DNA of 62,693 nt, filler included, from Nemertoderma westbladi (GCA_032718475.1; 3 parts of 3 records of this genome joined end to end with filler, not necessarily neighbours in it), one strand, 5' to 3'; positions 37,429-50,572 are shown, numbered from the whole stretch's first letter. Notes: a model not told the origin generated them from the letters alone. Numbers and translations: made by a program.

Positions 37429-38940
37429 GTAGTAGAGTGTAGGTCTAATAGTTCTAGTCATATCTGAAGCTTATTATTAAGATAAAGTGTCTGTGTCTAA
37501 AAGATATCCTAACAAATTCACAATTAATCAAACCGACCTGTCCGAAACTAGCTAATACTTCTTGTTACACATGTACTAACGGCATCCGTAATTGTACACA
37601 AAAAACGTAATATACCAAACCACATGCAACACATGCAAATAAAGTTACGTAGGAGAAACATATAAATCAAACAGAACACGCACTATGGCACATATTAATG
37701 CGGTACGCAACGAGAACAAAAATCGTAGTAGCTCAGTAGCAGCTCACAGACTATCGAAACACGTACCGTGGACACCCACCGCTCAACCACCATTTACTGT
37801 TAAATAAAGTACTACGTCGATGTAGAGATTGGGGCGACAGGAAAATTAGTGAGAATGTATACATACACCACCTTACCCCAGCAATAAATATTCAACACCC
37901 CACCGAATACGACAGCGGTTGGTGTTTGGGAATACACCACTTCCAAACCCTATGCGATGGCGGCACTTTAATAAATAAATAAATTGGGATTGAGCTGTGA
38001 ATGTAAATATAATTAGTGGGAATATTGTCCTAGGCACATGGCATATGTTATGAGGAGAGACAATACCGGTACTTTAACAGTGGTGTTTAATTAATGTTCT
38101 TTTATCATAAAGTAGAAGCGGATATTTATTTATCGAAGAACTGTGACTGTGAGTGGAAATTCTCGTCAGATATTAATGAAACCATTTCTATTTATTACGG
38201 CAGTAAACCTTGCGTAATGCGATTCATATATCCATAAGTGAATTATGATGTTTAAAATTCAAATATAATATACGATCTCAATGCGTATTCTTCATTTCCA
38301 CTTTAGTGTAAATGTTCAGGCGAAATACCTGATTTTGATAATATCATACGATTCTAACAATAACCCTGTCGCAAAGTGTCAAATATGTAGGCTATGTAGA
38401 AACTCAATCCTGATAATATTTATTATACCTGTGTTCAAGGTAATTAATAAAAATTTAAATAGAAATTAAGAATAAAATGAAAAGTAAATAACAATTTATT
38501 AGAACAAACCCTCTTTATTAATATTATATATTTATATTTCCTGCTAATCTACACTCCAATTCGTGTTTCAGTCTGCCCATTGCGCATTGCCCACATACTG
38601 TACATACATCCCTCAAAGTGCTTATTTATTTATTGTATCTTTTCCATTGAATAAGTGCCGACATCGCCTGGGGTTTAAATTTGGTATATTCCCAAACCCC
38701 ATACTGTTTCAGCACTGAGTACCTTATCGCAACTGCTGATCTCTGATTGGTTCTTAATTCACGTTGAATTACATTGCCAGTGCCAAGACAGTATGGGGTT
38801 TGTAAATTTACACACAGGTGAGCCTCAACACAATGTTGCAGATTGGTGCCCAAACCCGGTTCCAAGATAGCACATCCAAAAGTGGAGCCAGGCAAAGTCT
38901 TATACAGTATTAAGCTGATTTGTTATACATAGTGAATTTA

Positions 38941-39338
38941 CACTTTACAGTGATTAAAAGGAAAGGTCACGTGTTACCTTAATTCCATTACCCATGATTA
39001 AAATGAAAGGTCACGTGTTAGCCATAGTATTTATTCCATTTCCAGTGATTAAAGTATTTATTCCTTTCCAGTGATTAAAATGAAAGGACATGTTTTAGCC
39101 ATAGTATTAATTCCTTTTCCAGTGATTAAAATGAAAGGTCACGTGTTAGCCATAGTATTTATTCCATTTCCAGTGATTAAAGTATTTATTCCTTTCCAGT
39201 AATTAAAATGAAAGGACATGTTTTAGCCATAGTATTAATTCCTTTTCCAGTGATTAAAATGAAGGTCACGTGTTAGCCATAGTATTTATTCCTTTTTCAG
39301 TGATTAAAATGAAAGGACACGTGTTGTCGATAGTAATT
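38941..39338 (+). repeat. About nine tandem copies (51-bp and 26-bp forms) of acceptor plus ARNT exon start
   Basis: TTCCAG|TGATTAAAATGAAAGGTCACGTGTTAGCCATAGTA-like units at 38951, 38995, 39046, 39072, 39123, 39174, 39200, 39251 and 39301. Confidence 0.92.
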
Positions 39339-39606
39339 CGTCTACGGTTTGCTAACTCTGAGTATACCTGGATGAAGATCAGTTCCCACGCATTCCTCAA
39401 CCCCTACAACGATGAGTTGGAGTTTATCGTTTCAACGTATAGCGTGAAGACACAGCAGATACACAACCCTCCGGCTACACCAGCGGAGGCATACCGCCCG
39501 CCCAATGAGGGGCCTTCACCACAATATAGTGCAGCCAATCCCGTAGTAAGGGAGGATGATCATAGATCAGTTGTAGCCAATCAAACGGAAGGCAATAAAT
39601 CGAGTG
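39301..39606 (+). CDS. ARNT: ARNT exon (end of PAS-B/PAC)
   Basis: VIKMKGHVLSIVIRLRFANSEYTWMKISSHAFLNPYNDELEFIVST; donor G|GTtagt. Confidence 0.9.
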
Positions 39607-40183
39607 GTTAGTGTGGGGATAAAGCTGCTGTTTCATTTAAAATTTTATTATAGCGACTTTTACTAAAGAAAGGGACCAATGAAGATCCAATCCAGAGATT
39701 GCGATGCGACAAATGAATCCCCCGTAAAATTTACATTTAATTTTTACTACCTAAATAATTAAATGTAATTGGGCGTTCACGATTCGCACGCGGCCCGACC
39801 CTCCAGAGGATGGAAGTCTGGCGCTCTAACCAATCCAAGAGCGACCCAGACAAAAGGTAGATCGGAAAATATTAACTGATTTTCTGTATGTCTTCAATTT
39901 GCGTCCTCATGGATTCCGATCTGTCAACAATACCATAACAGATCGGCTGCCATTGGAGTGCGCCAGACTTCCAACCTGCACCTTAGTGCCAACCTTCTTG
40001 CTAAGCTGAGTCCAACAAACATTCTAATAATATGAAACCACTCACTCATCCAAAGTACCGATCATTTTCCTTTTACATCAATACATTTATTACTTTGGAT
40101 TCAAGTTTTATTTGTAAAATATTTGTATAATGATTACGCTTTAGGTACCGGTAAGTAACTAATTAATGTTATTCGTCCTTTAG

Positions 40184-40521
40184 AAATAGATTCAACCGGG
40201 TCGGTCTCCCACGAATCTTTGTTACAAATCGCTCCTCCAAGCAATAAAACCCCGGTAATTCGGAACTATGATTACCCAACCGCCGAGTCGTATCAGACGC
40301 TTCTCAACGCTCGGGCACATCAATCCGACATGTACAGACAGCCACCGAGTGCCAGCTACTCTCACCAGGGGGCGCTGCCATTGGTTGTACCGCCGTCAGG
40401 GCGCCATCAGGCGTGGACACCAGGAACTTACCCCGGATCCATTTACGGGCACCACCAAGCGGAACAACTTTCTCCCGGAGCTTACAGGGATCCCAGAGGA
40501 TTGTTTTACCATCAAGGTTAG
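40184..40521 (+). CDS. ARNT: ARNT C-terminal P/S/Q/Y-rich exon (stop at 40521, or donor at 40517)
   Basis: cgtcctttAG|AA ATA GAT is phase 1 and in frame with ORF 40219-40521. Confidence 0.7.
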
Positions 40522-41297
40522 ATAATTTAGCAAATGGTAAATATTGTCAACATCTGACGGTCGTTGACTTGCTTGGGTTGGGGGATTCCAATTTTAGTTC
40601 TGGGGATCCGAATTTTAACCTTTGGGGCATTTACTTGGCTCATGTTCTCTCTTTGGGGCTCATGTTTTATAATGTTGAATATTCTTCAATGAATTCAATT
40701 CTTTAAAAAATCGTGAACCAGCATACAGTGATACAGTGTAGCAATTATCTGATTGGAGATCACGTTGGCCTCAAGGATTGATCGCTTGTAGACAACTGAT
40801 ATCTGGTCTCAGACAAAGATTTCAATACCCGAAGAAGTCTGCAAAGACGACAGTTAGATGCCTGTAATTCCTCGCAGGCAATTCTTCAATGATCTGGTGA
40901 AGGGCCAGAATTTTTCCTATCCCATTTTGGTTGAAACGCAGGAGCCTCAAATCCTTCTAAAGGCTGTATAAATTTCGCATTGTTGTGACTCTATACACCC
41001 TAGACACTTTAGATATTAGTCAGGCTCATTCAAACCCAGCGGTACAATGAAAACCTGGTTTCTGCTGGGGGAGTAAAGGATATGGGTAGGATAGTTATGA
41101 ATTTTCAACCCTGTAGAGTTTGTATGGCAACCCCCTCCCAACAGCCAGGAGAGGAGGGCCTTCGAGTTGCCTTCGGTATTTCGTGTTTCACAAGTCCAAT
41201 CACCTTTTTAGGTCCGCGTAGTGAGACCTCTAGTATTCACTCAGTTGTTGTTTGTGTTGTTGTTAATTTTCAGTTAGGTTTTAATACGGCTCCATAC

Positions 41298-41378
41298 GGC
41301 GCGGCGCAGTTGCAAAGTTGGTAGAGCGTTGGACTTGAAATCTCTTGGTACCGAATTCAATCCCCCATTCCGGTGAAT
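41298..41378 (+). mobile_element. tRNA-like SINE head or tRNA pseudogene
   Basis: AGTTGGTAGAGCGTTGGACTTGAAATCTCTTGGTACCGAATTCAATCCC; degenerate cloverleaf. Confidence 0.4.
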
Positions 41379-41769
41379 GTTTTTTTGTTGTAAGATTGGT
41401 AGTTAGCCATTCAAGGAGACAGTTCATGCGTTAGTAGACGCGGACCTTTTTGCGTTTGCACGCTTGTTAATTGAAATCACGCTGATTCCACGATATGACC
41501 CATAAAGTTTTACTGTAGGTAGGTGGCTTGAGAATTGGGTGGATAAGGACTCAGTTTTCATTGGTCTTGGTCTTAGGAGATATAAAAAATCATGCTTTTT
41601 CTAACATTAATTGATTGCTAACATTGAGATTAAAATTGCTTGCTATGCCGCGGCAAAGTTTTGTACTTTAATGGGATGTATTTATGGCAGTAATCTAGAT
41701 AGATATCTAGATAGATAGCAGATTACTAATCTGCTATCTATCTCACTACCTCCGACTGAGTGATAGAAT

Positions 41770-42731
41770 GCTCCATTCTTGTTCATTATTGTGGTTGACT
41801 ATGTTCTACGCATGTCCTTAGATCATCATAATGATGATGGGATGATGATAACTCCACCTACTGGCTCCAGAAGTCGAGGAAATCCTGCCAAGTACCTAAC
41901 TGATCTAGACTTTGCTGATGACTTAGGAGTACTCTCAGAATCATTAGAGGGAGCCCAGCGGCTCCTCAGCTCGTTAGAACATGCTGCTTCTAGTGTTGGT
42001 CTTTTTATTAACTCCAGAAAGACCAAAATTCTGACAGTTAACTTTGAAAGTCCTCAGCAAGTCTCTGACCGGATGAGCATAAGCTCAAAGGATGGTATGC
42101 TTGAGCATGTGGACGACTTCTGTTACCTGGGATCATGGATCCGGAAGTCAGGTGAGGACCTTCGAATACGTAAGGGAAAGGCATGGGCAGCCTTGAATAG
42201 GCTTTCCAGGATTTGGAAGTCACCTAGAATTAATCGGAAACTTAAGGTCCGATTATTTAGAGCAGCAGTAGTTCCAGTACTCCTCTATGGGAGTCCATGC
42301 TGGGCTCTAACTGCTGAGGACACCAAATCTCTGGATGGCACATTCACAAGAATGCTACGCCGGGTACATTGTGTCAAGTACAATGCACACATCTCCAACC
42401 AGACACTATATAACATTGGAGGTGTCTCATTGGTTCCCCCAAGCTTGACACTAGAACAAAATCGCCTCCGCTTTGCAGGACATTGCTTTCGCCGTGAGGA
42501 CCAGCCAGTGCATAATCTTGTACTTTGGCAGCCTCATGGAGTGAATAAGCATGGTGGACAGCCTATGACTTTCTTGAGACGCATCTTAAAGGACACTGGC
42601 CTTAAAGATGCGGATGATCTAGCAAATGTCATGGGTGATAGGGAGTTGTGGCGGTGCAATTTTGTTGACAAGCCGGCACAGCATTCTTAAAAATGCAGCT
42701 GCAATGCAGCATGCCGATCATAGTAGTAGTA
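41770..42731 (+). mobile_element. 5'-truncated RTE-clade LINE with intact C-terminal RT frame
   Basis: ORF 41779-42690 with LDFADD, YLGSW and LLYGS motifs; (TAG)n tail; 12-bp TSD GAGTGATAGAAT. Confidence 0.93.
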
Positions 42732-43616
42732 GAGTGATAGAATAAACAGTCAATCAGTGCTGCTGACTGCATGTTTATCAGCTGTTTATTTCCTCTGTAT
42801 GAGCTTCTGCTAGCCCTTCCTTGCGTTGGACATGGTCAGCCCGTGGGATCTTTTTCCTCTTTGGAAATAAAGGAACCTGTCATTGTGTCAATCACAACAT
42901 TAACAAACTGCTGTGTGTACCTCAATCTGTCATTAAATTCTTCACTGACTAATCCTTTGGAAAATCGAATGGGTTAATTGTTCCTTTACATTCGGGTTCT
43001 TCTAGGGAAGAACAGCCATGACAAGGGGAGGATTTCTTAAACAAATATTGAATTTAGTTTGGCAAACCTTTGCTAAATGGTGGCTAACTAAGTTTTTCAG
43101 TTTTCATTTTCCACGAAATAGTTTATTCTATTTCGTGGAATAAACGAATAAACGCTCTAACAATAACAATTGCAATAACAAATGAGATGTGCACACAATC
43201 AATGCACGGATGTTACCCCCCTTATATAATCATTCGACGTCCTGGCAGTCATTGTATTAGTAGTGCAGTGCCAAAAGGCGCTTTAATAATAATAAATAAA
43301 CCTAGATCCGCCGCGCATCTCTTGGCATTAAGATATTAAATTATTTGATAATTATTATCAGAGGTACTTACTTATAGACTTACTTATATATTTTTTGAGT
43401 GGTTATTTTATTTGTTTAATTAAATTATTATAAAAGTACGCCATGATATTGGCAGAGCCAGCACAATAAATTAATAAAATTATAAATACTAAGTTAAAAT
43501 GTAAAATATATTTTATACCAACAATACCACAATTAATAGTAACATGTTCTGGGTAAAAGAGTGATTTCATTTTATTAGAACTTTCGTTGGGTACAGCTTT
43601 GTAAAGTCTTCAATGA

Positions 43617-43770
43617 CGTCCAGGTGGGATCGAACTATTGGCCTCTAGGTTGGAAGTCTCACACTCTAACCATTCCGCTAGCGGCTCAGGTAAAAGGTAG
43701 ACCTGAAAATACTACCTGATACCTTGTATGTCCGTAATTTACGTCCTCATGGCCGCCCATCTGTCAAGGA
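43617..43770 (-). repeat. tRNA-like repeat with conserved upstream flank; related copy near 39790-39930
   Basis: Minus strand TAGCGGAATGGTTAGAGTGTGAGACTTCCAACCTAGAGGCCAATAGTTCGATCCCACCTGG. The flank AAAAGGTAGA...CGTCCTCATGG...ATCTGTCAA is shared between the two copies. Confidence 0.45.
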
Positions 43771-44204
43771 CTTGAAGTAGTTCGTTTACAACGATTATGG
43801 CACAGACATTATAATTCGAGGACCCCATGCCAGAATGGTTTCGCTCAAAAAAATTCACTCTGAAAAAACCTTGTTTAAAGACTTTCAGTGATCATTAAAA
43901 GTCCGATACTAAAAAGCTATGCTGGCGATCATAGCTACCTAACCCCTAATATTCATCACAAATGACTTGGAGCTGATCATCAGTAATTGTGTTACATACA
44001 AACTTGCAACTATGTTCTGCAAGGGGTGTAGGAGCACGCTTCGGTACAACTTTTCCAGAAATATTTTTGTGTTTCTCTCCGAAACGGTATTTGCGCTTTA
44101 TTTTATTCCCATTCCAGGCTTCTGCAATTGACACCCTCCAAAGTGACCCTGTTGTATCTACACCCTGTTCCCCTGGTTCTTAATCAGCTGGTTCCTCCCT
44201 GGAT

Positions 44205-44665
44205 GAGAGTCCCAGCACGGGAGTCCATGCTGGGCTCTAACTGCTGAGGACACCAAATCTCTGGATGGCACATTCACAAGAATGCTACGCCGGGTACATT
44301 GTGTCAAGTACAATGCACACATCTCCAACCAGACACTATATAACATTGGAGGTGTCTCATTGGTTCCCCCAAGCTTGACACTAGAACAAAATCGCCTCCG
44401 CTTTGCAGGACATTGCTTTCGCCGTGAGGACCAGCCAGTGCATAATCTTGTACTTTGGCAGCCTCATGGAGTGAATAAGCATGGTGGACAGCCCATGACA
44501 TTCTTGAGACGCATCTTAAAGGACACTGGCCTTAAAGATGCGGATGATCTAGCAAATGTCATGGGTGATAGGGAGTTGTGGCGGTGCAATTTTGTTGACA
44601 AGCCGGCACAGCATTCTTAAAAATGCAGCTGCAATGCAGCATGCCGATCCTAGTAGTAGTAGTAG
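44205..44665 (+). mobile_element. Second, shorter 5'-truncated copy of the same RTE LINE
   Basis: Near-identical to 42289-42731; (TAG)n tail; 12-bp TSD TCCTCCCTGGAT. Confidence 0.93.
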
Positions 44666-44750
44666 TCCTCCCTGGATCAGCAGCATTCTGCCTGATTGAT
44701 TATCATCAAACAGAGTAGAAGTTCCCCCACTATGTTCTTCACAGCGCATA

Positions 44751-47485
44751 CAGTCCCAATCCCAATAAGCATTAACTTGGTCGTTTTGGCGGCCAAAATG
44801 ATCAAAATCTCCAAAAAAATGAAGTGTATTCCTATGGGCTACTTGGTCGTTTTGGCGAATCGATTTAACTCGACTCAGCTAAATCCAGACAGTCCGTCTC
44901 CTTGGCCATCCATTTGGTTGCTCTGACTGAATGTCGGCTCCCTTTCTTTATTATTATTTACAGATTGTTAACTTACCCAGAGCTGAGTCAGGCCTTGCAG
45001 TTGGAGTAGAGACCACCCACTGAGGCATTGATACAGCACAGGCTAATACGTAATAAGGGAGTTAGTTGGATGCGGCTTTAGTATGTATAATAATAGGATT
45101 GTGTGTGTTATTATTAGAAAATCACTTCTCACCTTTTCCTTTGTGTAGCTTCAGTTTAGAGTCATTATGAAATGGCAACGTTCTGTATGAAGGCGTCCTA
45201 ATTATAGTTCTATAGTTAGTAGCTGGGTCTAGTAGGGCGAGAGGTAGCTATTAAATAGCGACACTCTGTCTCGAACGAGTTCGGTATACTGAGGGGGCGC
45301 GGCCTATTTCTAGTAGCTGGGTCTGAATTCGAGGGCGATAGTAACTGAAAACATTACATTATTAGGCTCTGGCTCTGTGCTAACAGAGTCGGCATATTTG
45401 GGTGTTTTTATGATTATGTAATTTATCGAGACAAGGGGGGGGGGGGGGGGGGTGGGGGGCTTTTACGCAAAACTCGCCTTGGCGAATTAATATCCAGCCT
45501 CAATGTTAAATTCTCAATTTAGGGAAAGGAGCAGATTGCAGTGGCACGTAATTTTAACCAAAACAATAAATTAAACATAAATGAACAGGTTACAGTTTTA
45601 TTTTTTAGAGTAATCATCTGTTATTTGCGTCAAATTCCCCCCCCCCCCCCCCCCCCCCCTATCTGTATTTATGAGAGCATTTATATTATAGCGTACTAAA
45701 CAGCTAAATAAAGAAAAATCTATGTAAAGTACTTTTCTCATATTTTAAAGAAATTTTACGAATTAAATATATGAACTTGTTATTTTTATTACCAATCGAA
45801 TAGAATAAAAGTAAATAATAAATTAATTATTACGCTACAAGTGCTAGCACAATGCTTATAACCTAAGTGACAGATAAAGGTGTGTTAATTTTTAGATTAG
45901 TAAAAAATATGTAGAAAATAATAAGTTAGGGCGCCTCACACTGCACTCTTACAGGCATGTTTGTTTACTACAGTGGCGAGTCCAGCCGTTACTACACTGG
46001 AGCCTTTCTCTCTACCTAAGTGCCAACATGCTGGGCTTTACTTGGTATACAGACGTTTCGGCCTAGGACGTTTCGGTCCAGGACGTTTCGGCCCGGACAT
46101 TTCGGCCCGGACGATTCGGCCCGGACGTTTCGGCCCATGACTGTAACCGAATGAAAAGGCCAACTTGTTTGATATGATAATAATTATTCATTAAAATTAT
46201 AATTATTTCACAATAACATACAAACACTTAATGAAATATCTTTCATGAAATGGCTATTTAATTTATTTCAATCAAAATAAAATAAACATTATGCATGTGG
46301 TGCTCTGCCCCATTATGTTTTGCGGCCGAAAAAATGCAAGTCAGAACAAAACGTTTGGTACCGAGTACCACATTGCTAATAAACTACTAAAGCGAATCAA
46401 TTTCACGAACCATTTAGGGCTTAAATCTCGTCTGATCGATATATTTTGGAGATACTTCATTAATTTTAAACATTACTCAATTGATAATTCTTGTAGCTGG
46501 ACAGTGTGTTGCAGCTATGTCTTAATGATCTGTTGAAACAATAACTCTCATCTCGATGATAGATGATTTATACCCATAGATAACGACGTATAAATGCTTT
46601 TATTAATACATATTTTATTTCACTTCACATCCACTCTGGTCCTTTTAATACGCATATATTTCCTCTAAATTTAAATTTAATACCATATATTTCATCTAAA
46701 TTTAAATTTAATACGCATATATTTTATCTCATTCCATATGACATCCAGTCTGTCTCATAATTATTAGCAATGCCCCTTTAATGGAATATTTCTTATCTAT
46801 TATATTTTTAAGTCTAACATTAAAATACAGTAATAATTTTAATTCGGTGTATTTTAATGTACTTTATTTATTGACTCACATTTTAAAATACGTATGTTTT
46901 TAACTATTACTTTACCTTTATTACTTTACCTATTACCTTTACTATTACTTACTTTTAACTATCTAACTGTATTAACTAAAGTTAATTTGTCAGCATATGT
47001 TATCTTTGTTCTAAGTTACAGTATGGTGTAAATTTATATTAATAAATAATATAATAATAATATTACATTAGTTATTATTTATAAATATAATGTAGAACTT
47101 CGATCTTGACGACTTTCAAACAGGTGTCGGAGCAGTTCCTACTGACAACTCCTCTTGTAACGAACGTAACAACTACAAAACAAATATATTGAATAACTTA
47201 TTATTAATAGCTTATTTAAGGGAGTAAAGTGAATCTTTGGGCCAAAACGTCCGACAAGCAAATCTTGTATTTCATTTATTGGGCCGAAACGTCCTAGGCC
47301 AAAACGTCTTAGACCGAAACGTCTGTTACCCGCTTTACTTACACTCAGCCTCTATTCACTGGCTGTGATTGACAAGCCAACGTGCTTCAGGAGTTCCTTT
47401 CATGAATACCGCAGTTTTTATTTGACCATTTTGGTAATTTTTGCCGCCAAAATGACCAAGTTAATGCTTATTGGGATTGGGACTG
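44751..47485. mobile_element. Non-autonomous Tc1/mariner-superfamily element
   Basis: TIRs of about 55 bp starting CAGTCCCAATCCCAATAAGCATTAACTTGGTC; TA at both ends. Confidence 0.88.
46044..47331 (+). mobile_element. Non-autonomous Mutator/foldback-like element, copy 1
   Basis: Ends built from 13-bp GGACGTTTCGGCC repeats in inverted orientation; 9-bp TSD GCTTTACTT. Confidence 0.85.
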
Positions 47486-47939
47486 TATCACCTTCTGGAA
47501 CACTCATCACACAGTCCCATGGTGGCTCCCCAAAAGATCTTCCGAAAGTTCATCACAATCTCTGCCACTCATCATACAGTCTCCGGGTTCCTATATTATA
47601 AGATCTTCGCATAGATAAAAACATTTTATACCACTCATCATACAGTCACCAGTCCCCACCACAACATCCTCGGAAATATCATCACATTCTCTACCACTCA
47701 TCATAAAACCATCTACATGTTCTTTGAACATTCCCACATCTGTGCAGTCTACAAGTTCTTCATACAGTCCCTCAGGCCCTAGTTGCTCGACACGTTCTTC
47801 ACATAGTTCTACTGCCCCTAGATGCTCGACAAGTTTTCCAGACTTTTCCGCCCCTGACTGTTGCGCAGGTTCCCCACACAGACCAAACTCTAGCTGTTCG
47901 ACAGGTTCTTCACATATTCCCGCCGCCTCTGGCTGCTCT

Positions 47940-50472
47940 TTAGGTTCTTCACACAAGTCTCTTTAGGTTCTTCACACAGGTCTCTTTAGGTTCTTCACAC
48001 AAGTCTCTTTAGGTTCTTCACACAAGTCTCTTAGGTTCTTCACACAAGTCTCTTTAGGTTCTTCACACAGGTCTCTTTAGGTTCTTCACACAAGTCTCTT
48101 TAGGTTCTTCACACAGGTCTCTTTAGGTTCTTCACACAAGTCTCTTTAGGTTCTTCACACAAGTCTCTTTAGGTTCTTCACACAAGTCTCTTTAGGTTCT
48201 TCACACAGGTCTCTTTAGGTTCTTCACACAAGTCTCTTTAGGTTCTTCACACAGGTCTCTTTAGGTTCTTCACACAAGTCTCTTTAGGTTCTTCACACAG
48301 GTCTCTTTAGGTTCTTCACACAAGTCTCTTTAGGTTCTTCACACAAGTCTCTTTAGGTTCTTCACACAAGTCTCTTTAGGTTCTTCACACAGGTCTCTTT
48401 AGGTTCTTCACACAAGTCTCTTTAGGTTCTTCACACAAGTCTCTTTAGGTTCTTCACACAAGTCTCTTTAGGTTCTTCACACAAGTCTCTTTAGGTTCTT
48501 CACACAAGTCTCTTTAGGTTCTTCACACAGGTCTCTTTAGGTTCTTCACACAGGTCTCTTTAGGTTCTTCACACAAGTCTCTTTAGGTTCTTCACACAAG
48601 TCTCTTTAGGTTCTTCACACAAGTCTCTTTAGGTTCTTCACACAAGTCTCTTTAGGTTCTTCACACAGGTCTCTTTAGGTTCTTCACACAAGTCTCTTTA
48701 GGTTCTTCACACAGGTCTCTTTAGGTTCTTCACACAAGTCTCTTTAGGTTCTTCACACAGGTCTCTTTAGGTTCTTCACACAAGTCTCTTTAGGTTCTTC
48801 ACACAAGTCTCTTTAGGTTCTTCACACAGGTCTCTTTAGGTTCTTCACACAAGTCTCTTTAGGTTCTTCACACAAGTCTCTTTAGGTTCTTCACACAAGT
48901 CTCTTTAGGTTCTTCACACAAGTCTCTTTAGGTTCTTCACACAAGTCTCTTTAGGTTCTTCACACAAGTCTCTTTAGGTTCTTCACACAAGTCTCTTTAG
49001 GTTCTTCACACAAGTCTCTTTAGGTTCTTCACACAGGTCTCTTTAGGTTCTTCACACAGGTCTCTTTAGGTTCTTCACACAGGTCTCTTTAGGTTCTTCA
49101 CACAAGTCTCTTTAGGTTCTTCACACAAGTCTCTTTAGGTTCTTCACACAAGTCTCTTTAGGTTCTTCACACAGGTCTCTTTAGGTTCTTCACACAAGTC
49201 TCTTTAGGTTCTTCACACAGGTCTCTTTAGGTTCTTCACACAGGTCTCTTTAGGTTCTTCACACAAGTCTCTTTAGGTTCTTCACACAGGTCTCTTTAGG
49301 TTCTTCACACAGGTCTCTTTAGGTTCTTCACACAGGTCTCTTTAGGTTCTTCACACAGGTCTCTTTAGGTTCTTCACACAGGTCTCTTTAGGTTCTTCAC
49401 ACAGGTCTCTTTAGGTTCTTCACACAGGTCTCTTTAGGTTCTTCACACAGGTCTCTTTAGGTTCTTCACACAAGTCTCTTTAGGTTCTTCACACAAGTCT
49501 CTTTAGGTTCTTCACACAAGTCTCTTTAGGTTCTTCACACAGGTCTCTTTAGGTTCTTCACACAAGTCTCTTTAGGTTCTTCACACAAGTCTCTTTAGGT
49601 TCTTCACACAAGTCTCTTTAGGTTCTTCACACAGGTCTCTTTAGGTTCTTCACACAGGTCTCTTTAGGTTCTTCACACAGGTCTCTTTAGGTTCTTCACA
49701 CAAGTCTCTTTAGGTTCTTCACACAAGTCTCTTTAGGTTCTTCACACAAGTCTCTTTAGGTTCTTCACACAAGTCTCTTTAGGTTCTTCACACAAGTCTC
49801 TTTAGGTTCTTCACACAAGTCTCTTTAGGTTCTTCACACAAGTCTCTTTAGGTTCTTCACACAAGTCTCTTTAGGTTCTTCACACAAGTCTCTTTAGGTT
49901 CTTCACACAAGTCTCTTTAGGTTCTTCACACAAGTCTCTTTAGGTTCTTCACACAAGTCTCTTTAGGTTCTTCACACAAGTCTCTTTAGGTTCTTCACAC
50001 AAGTCTCTTTAGGTTCTTCACACAAGTCTCTTTAGGTTCTTCACACAAGTCTCTTTAGGTTCTTCACACAAGTCTCTTTAGGTTCTTCACACAGGTCTCT
50101 TTAGGTTCTTCACACAAGGTCTCTTTAGGTTCTTCACACAAGTCTCTTTAGGTTCTTCACACAAGTCTCTTTAGGTTCTTCACACAAGTCTCTTTAGGTT
50201 CTTCACACAAGTCTCTTTAGGTTCTTCACACAAGTCTCTTTAGGTTCTTCACACAAGTCTCTTTAGGTTCTTCACACAAGTCTCTTTAGGTTCTTCACAC
50301 AGGTCTCTTTAGGTTCTTCACACAAGTCTCTTTAGGTTCTTCACACAGGTCTCTTTAGGTTCTTCACACAAGTCTCTTTAGGTTCTTCACACAGGTCTCT
50401 TTAGGTTCTTCACACAAGTCTCTTTAGGTTCTTCACACAAGTCTCTTTAGGTTCTTCACACAAGTCTCTTTA
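47940..50472. repeat. 23-bp tandem array (at least about 110 copies, runs into gap), unit GGTTCTTCACACA[A/G]GTCTCTTTA
   Basis: Directly visible. Confidence 0.98.
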
Positions 50473-50572
50473 NNNNNNNNNNNNNNNNNNNNNNNNNNNN
50501 NNNNNNNNNNNNNNNNTTAATTAATTAANNNNNNNNNNNNNNNNNNNNNNNNNNNNNNNNNNNNNNNNNNNN
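50473..50572. other. Assembly gap with artificial spacer
   Basis: N44-TTAATTAATTAA-N44. Confidence 0.97.

Larger units (their letters stand above)
43895..47956 (-). pseudogene. Decayed gene (probable DNA-transposase N-terminus, Sola-like) interrupted by nested insertions
   Basis: Removing the insertions joins E-rich 'CEEP' repeats (47591-47956) to 'GDMRCEEHSGG' and then to WNGNKIKRKYRFGEKH..SGKVVPKR..CKFVC..QVICDEY*GLGSYDRQHSFL. Confidence 0.4.

Noticed and set aside
41273-41324. Extra terminal ARNT exon
   Set aside because: Its phase does not fit the possible donor at 40517 and it overlaps a tRNA-like repeat.
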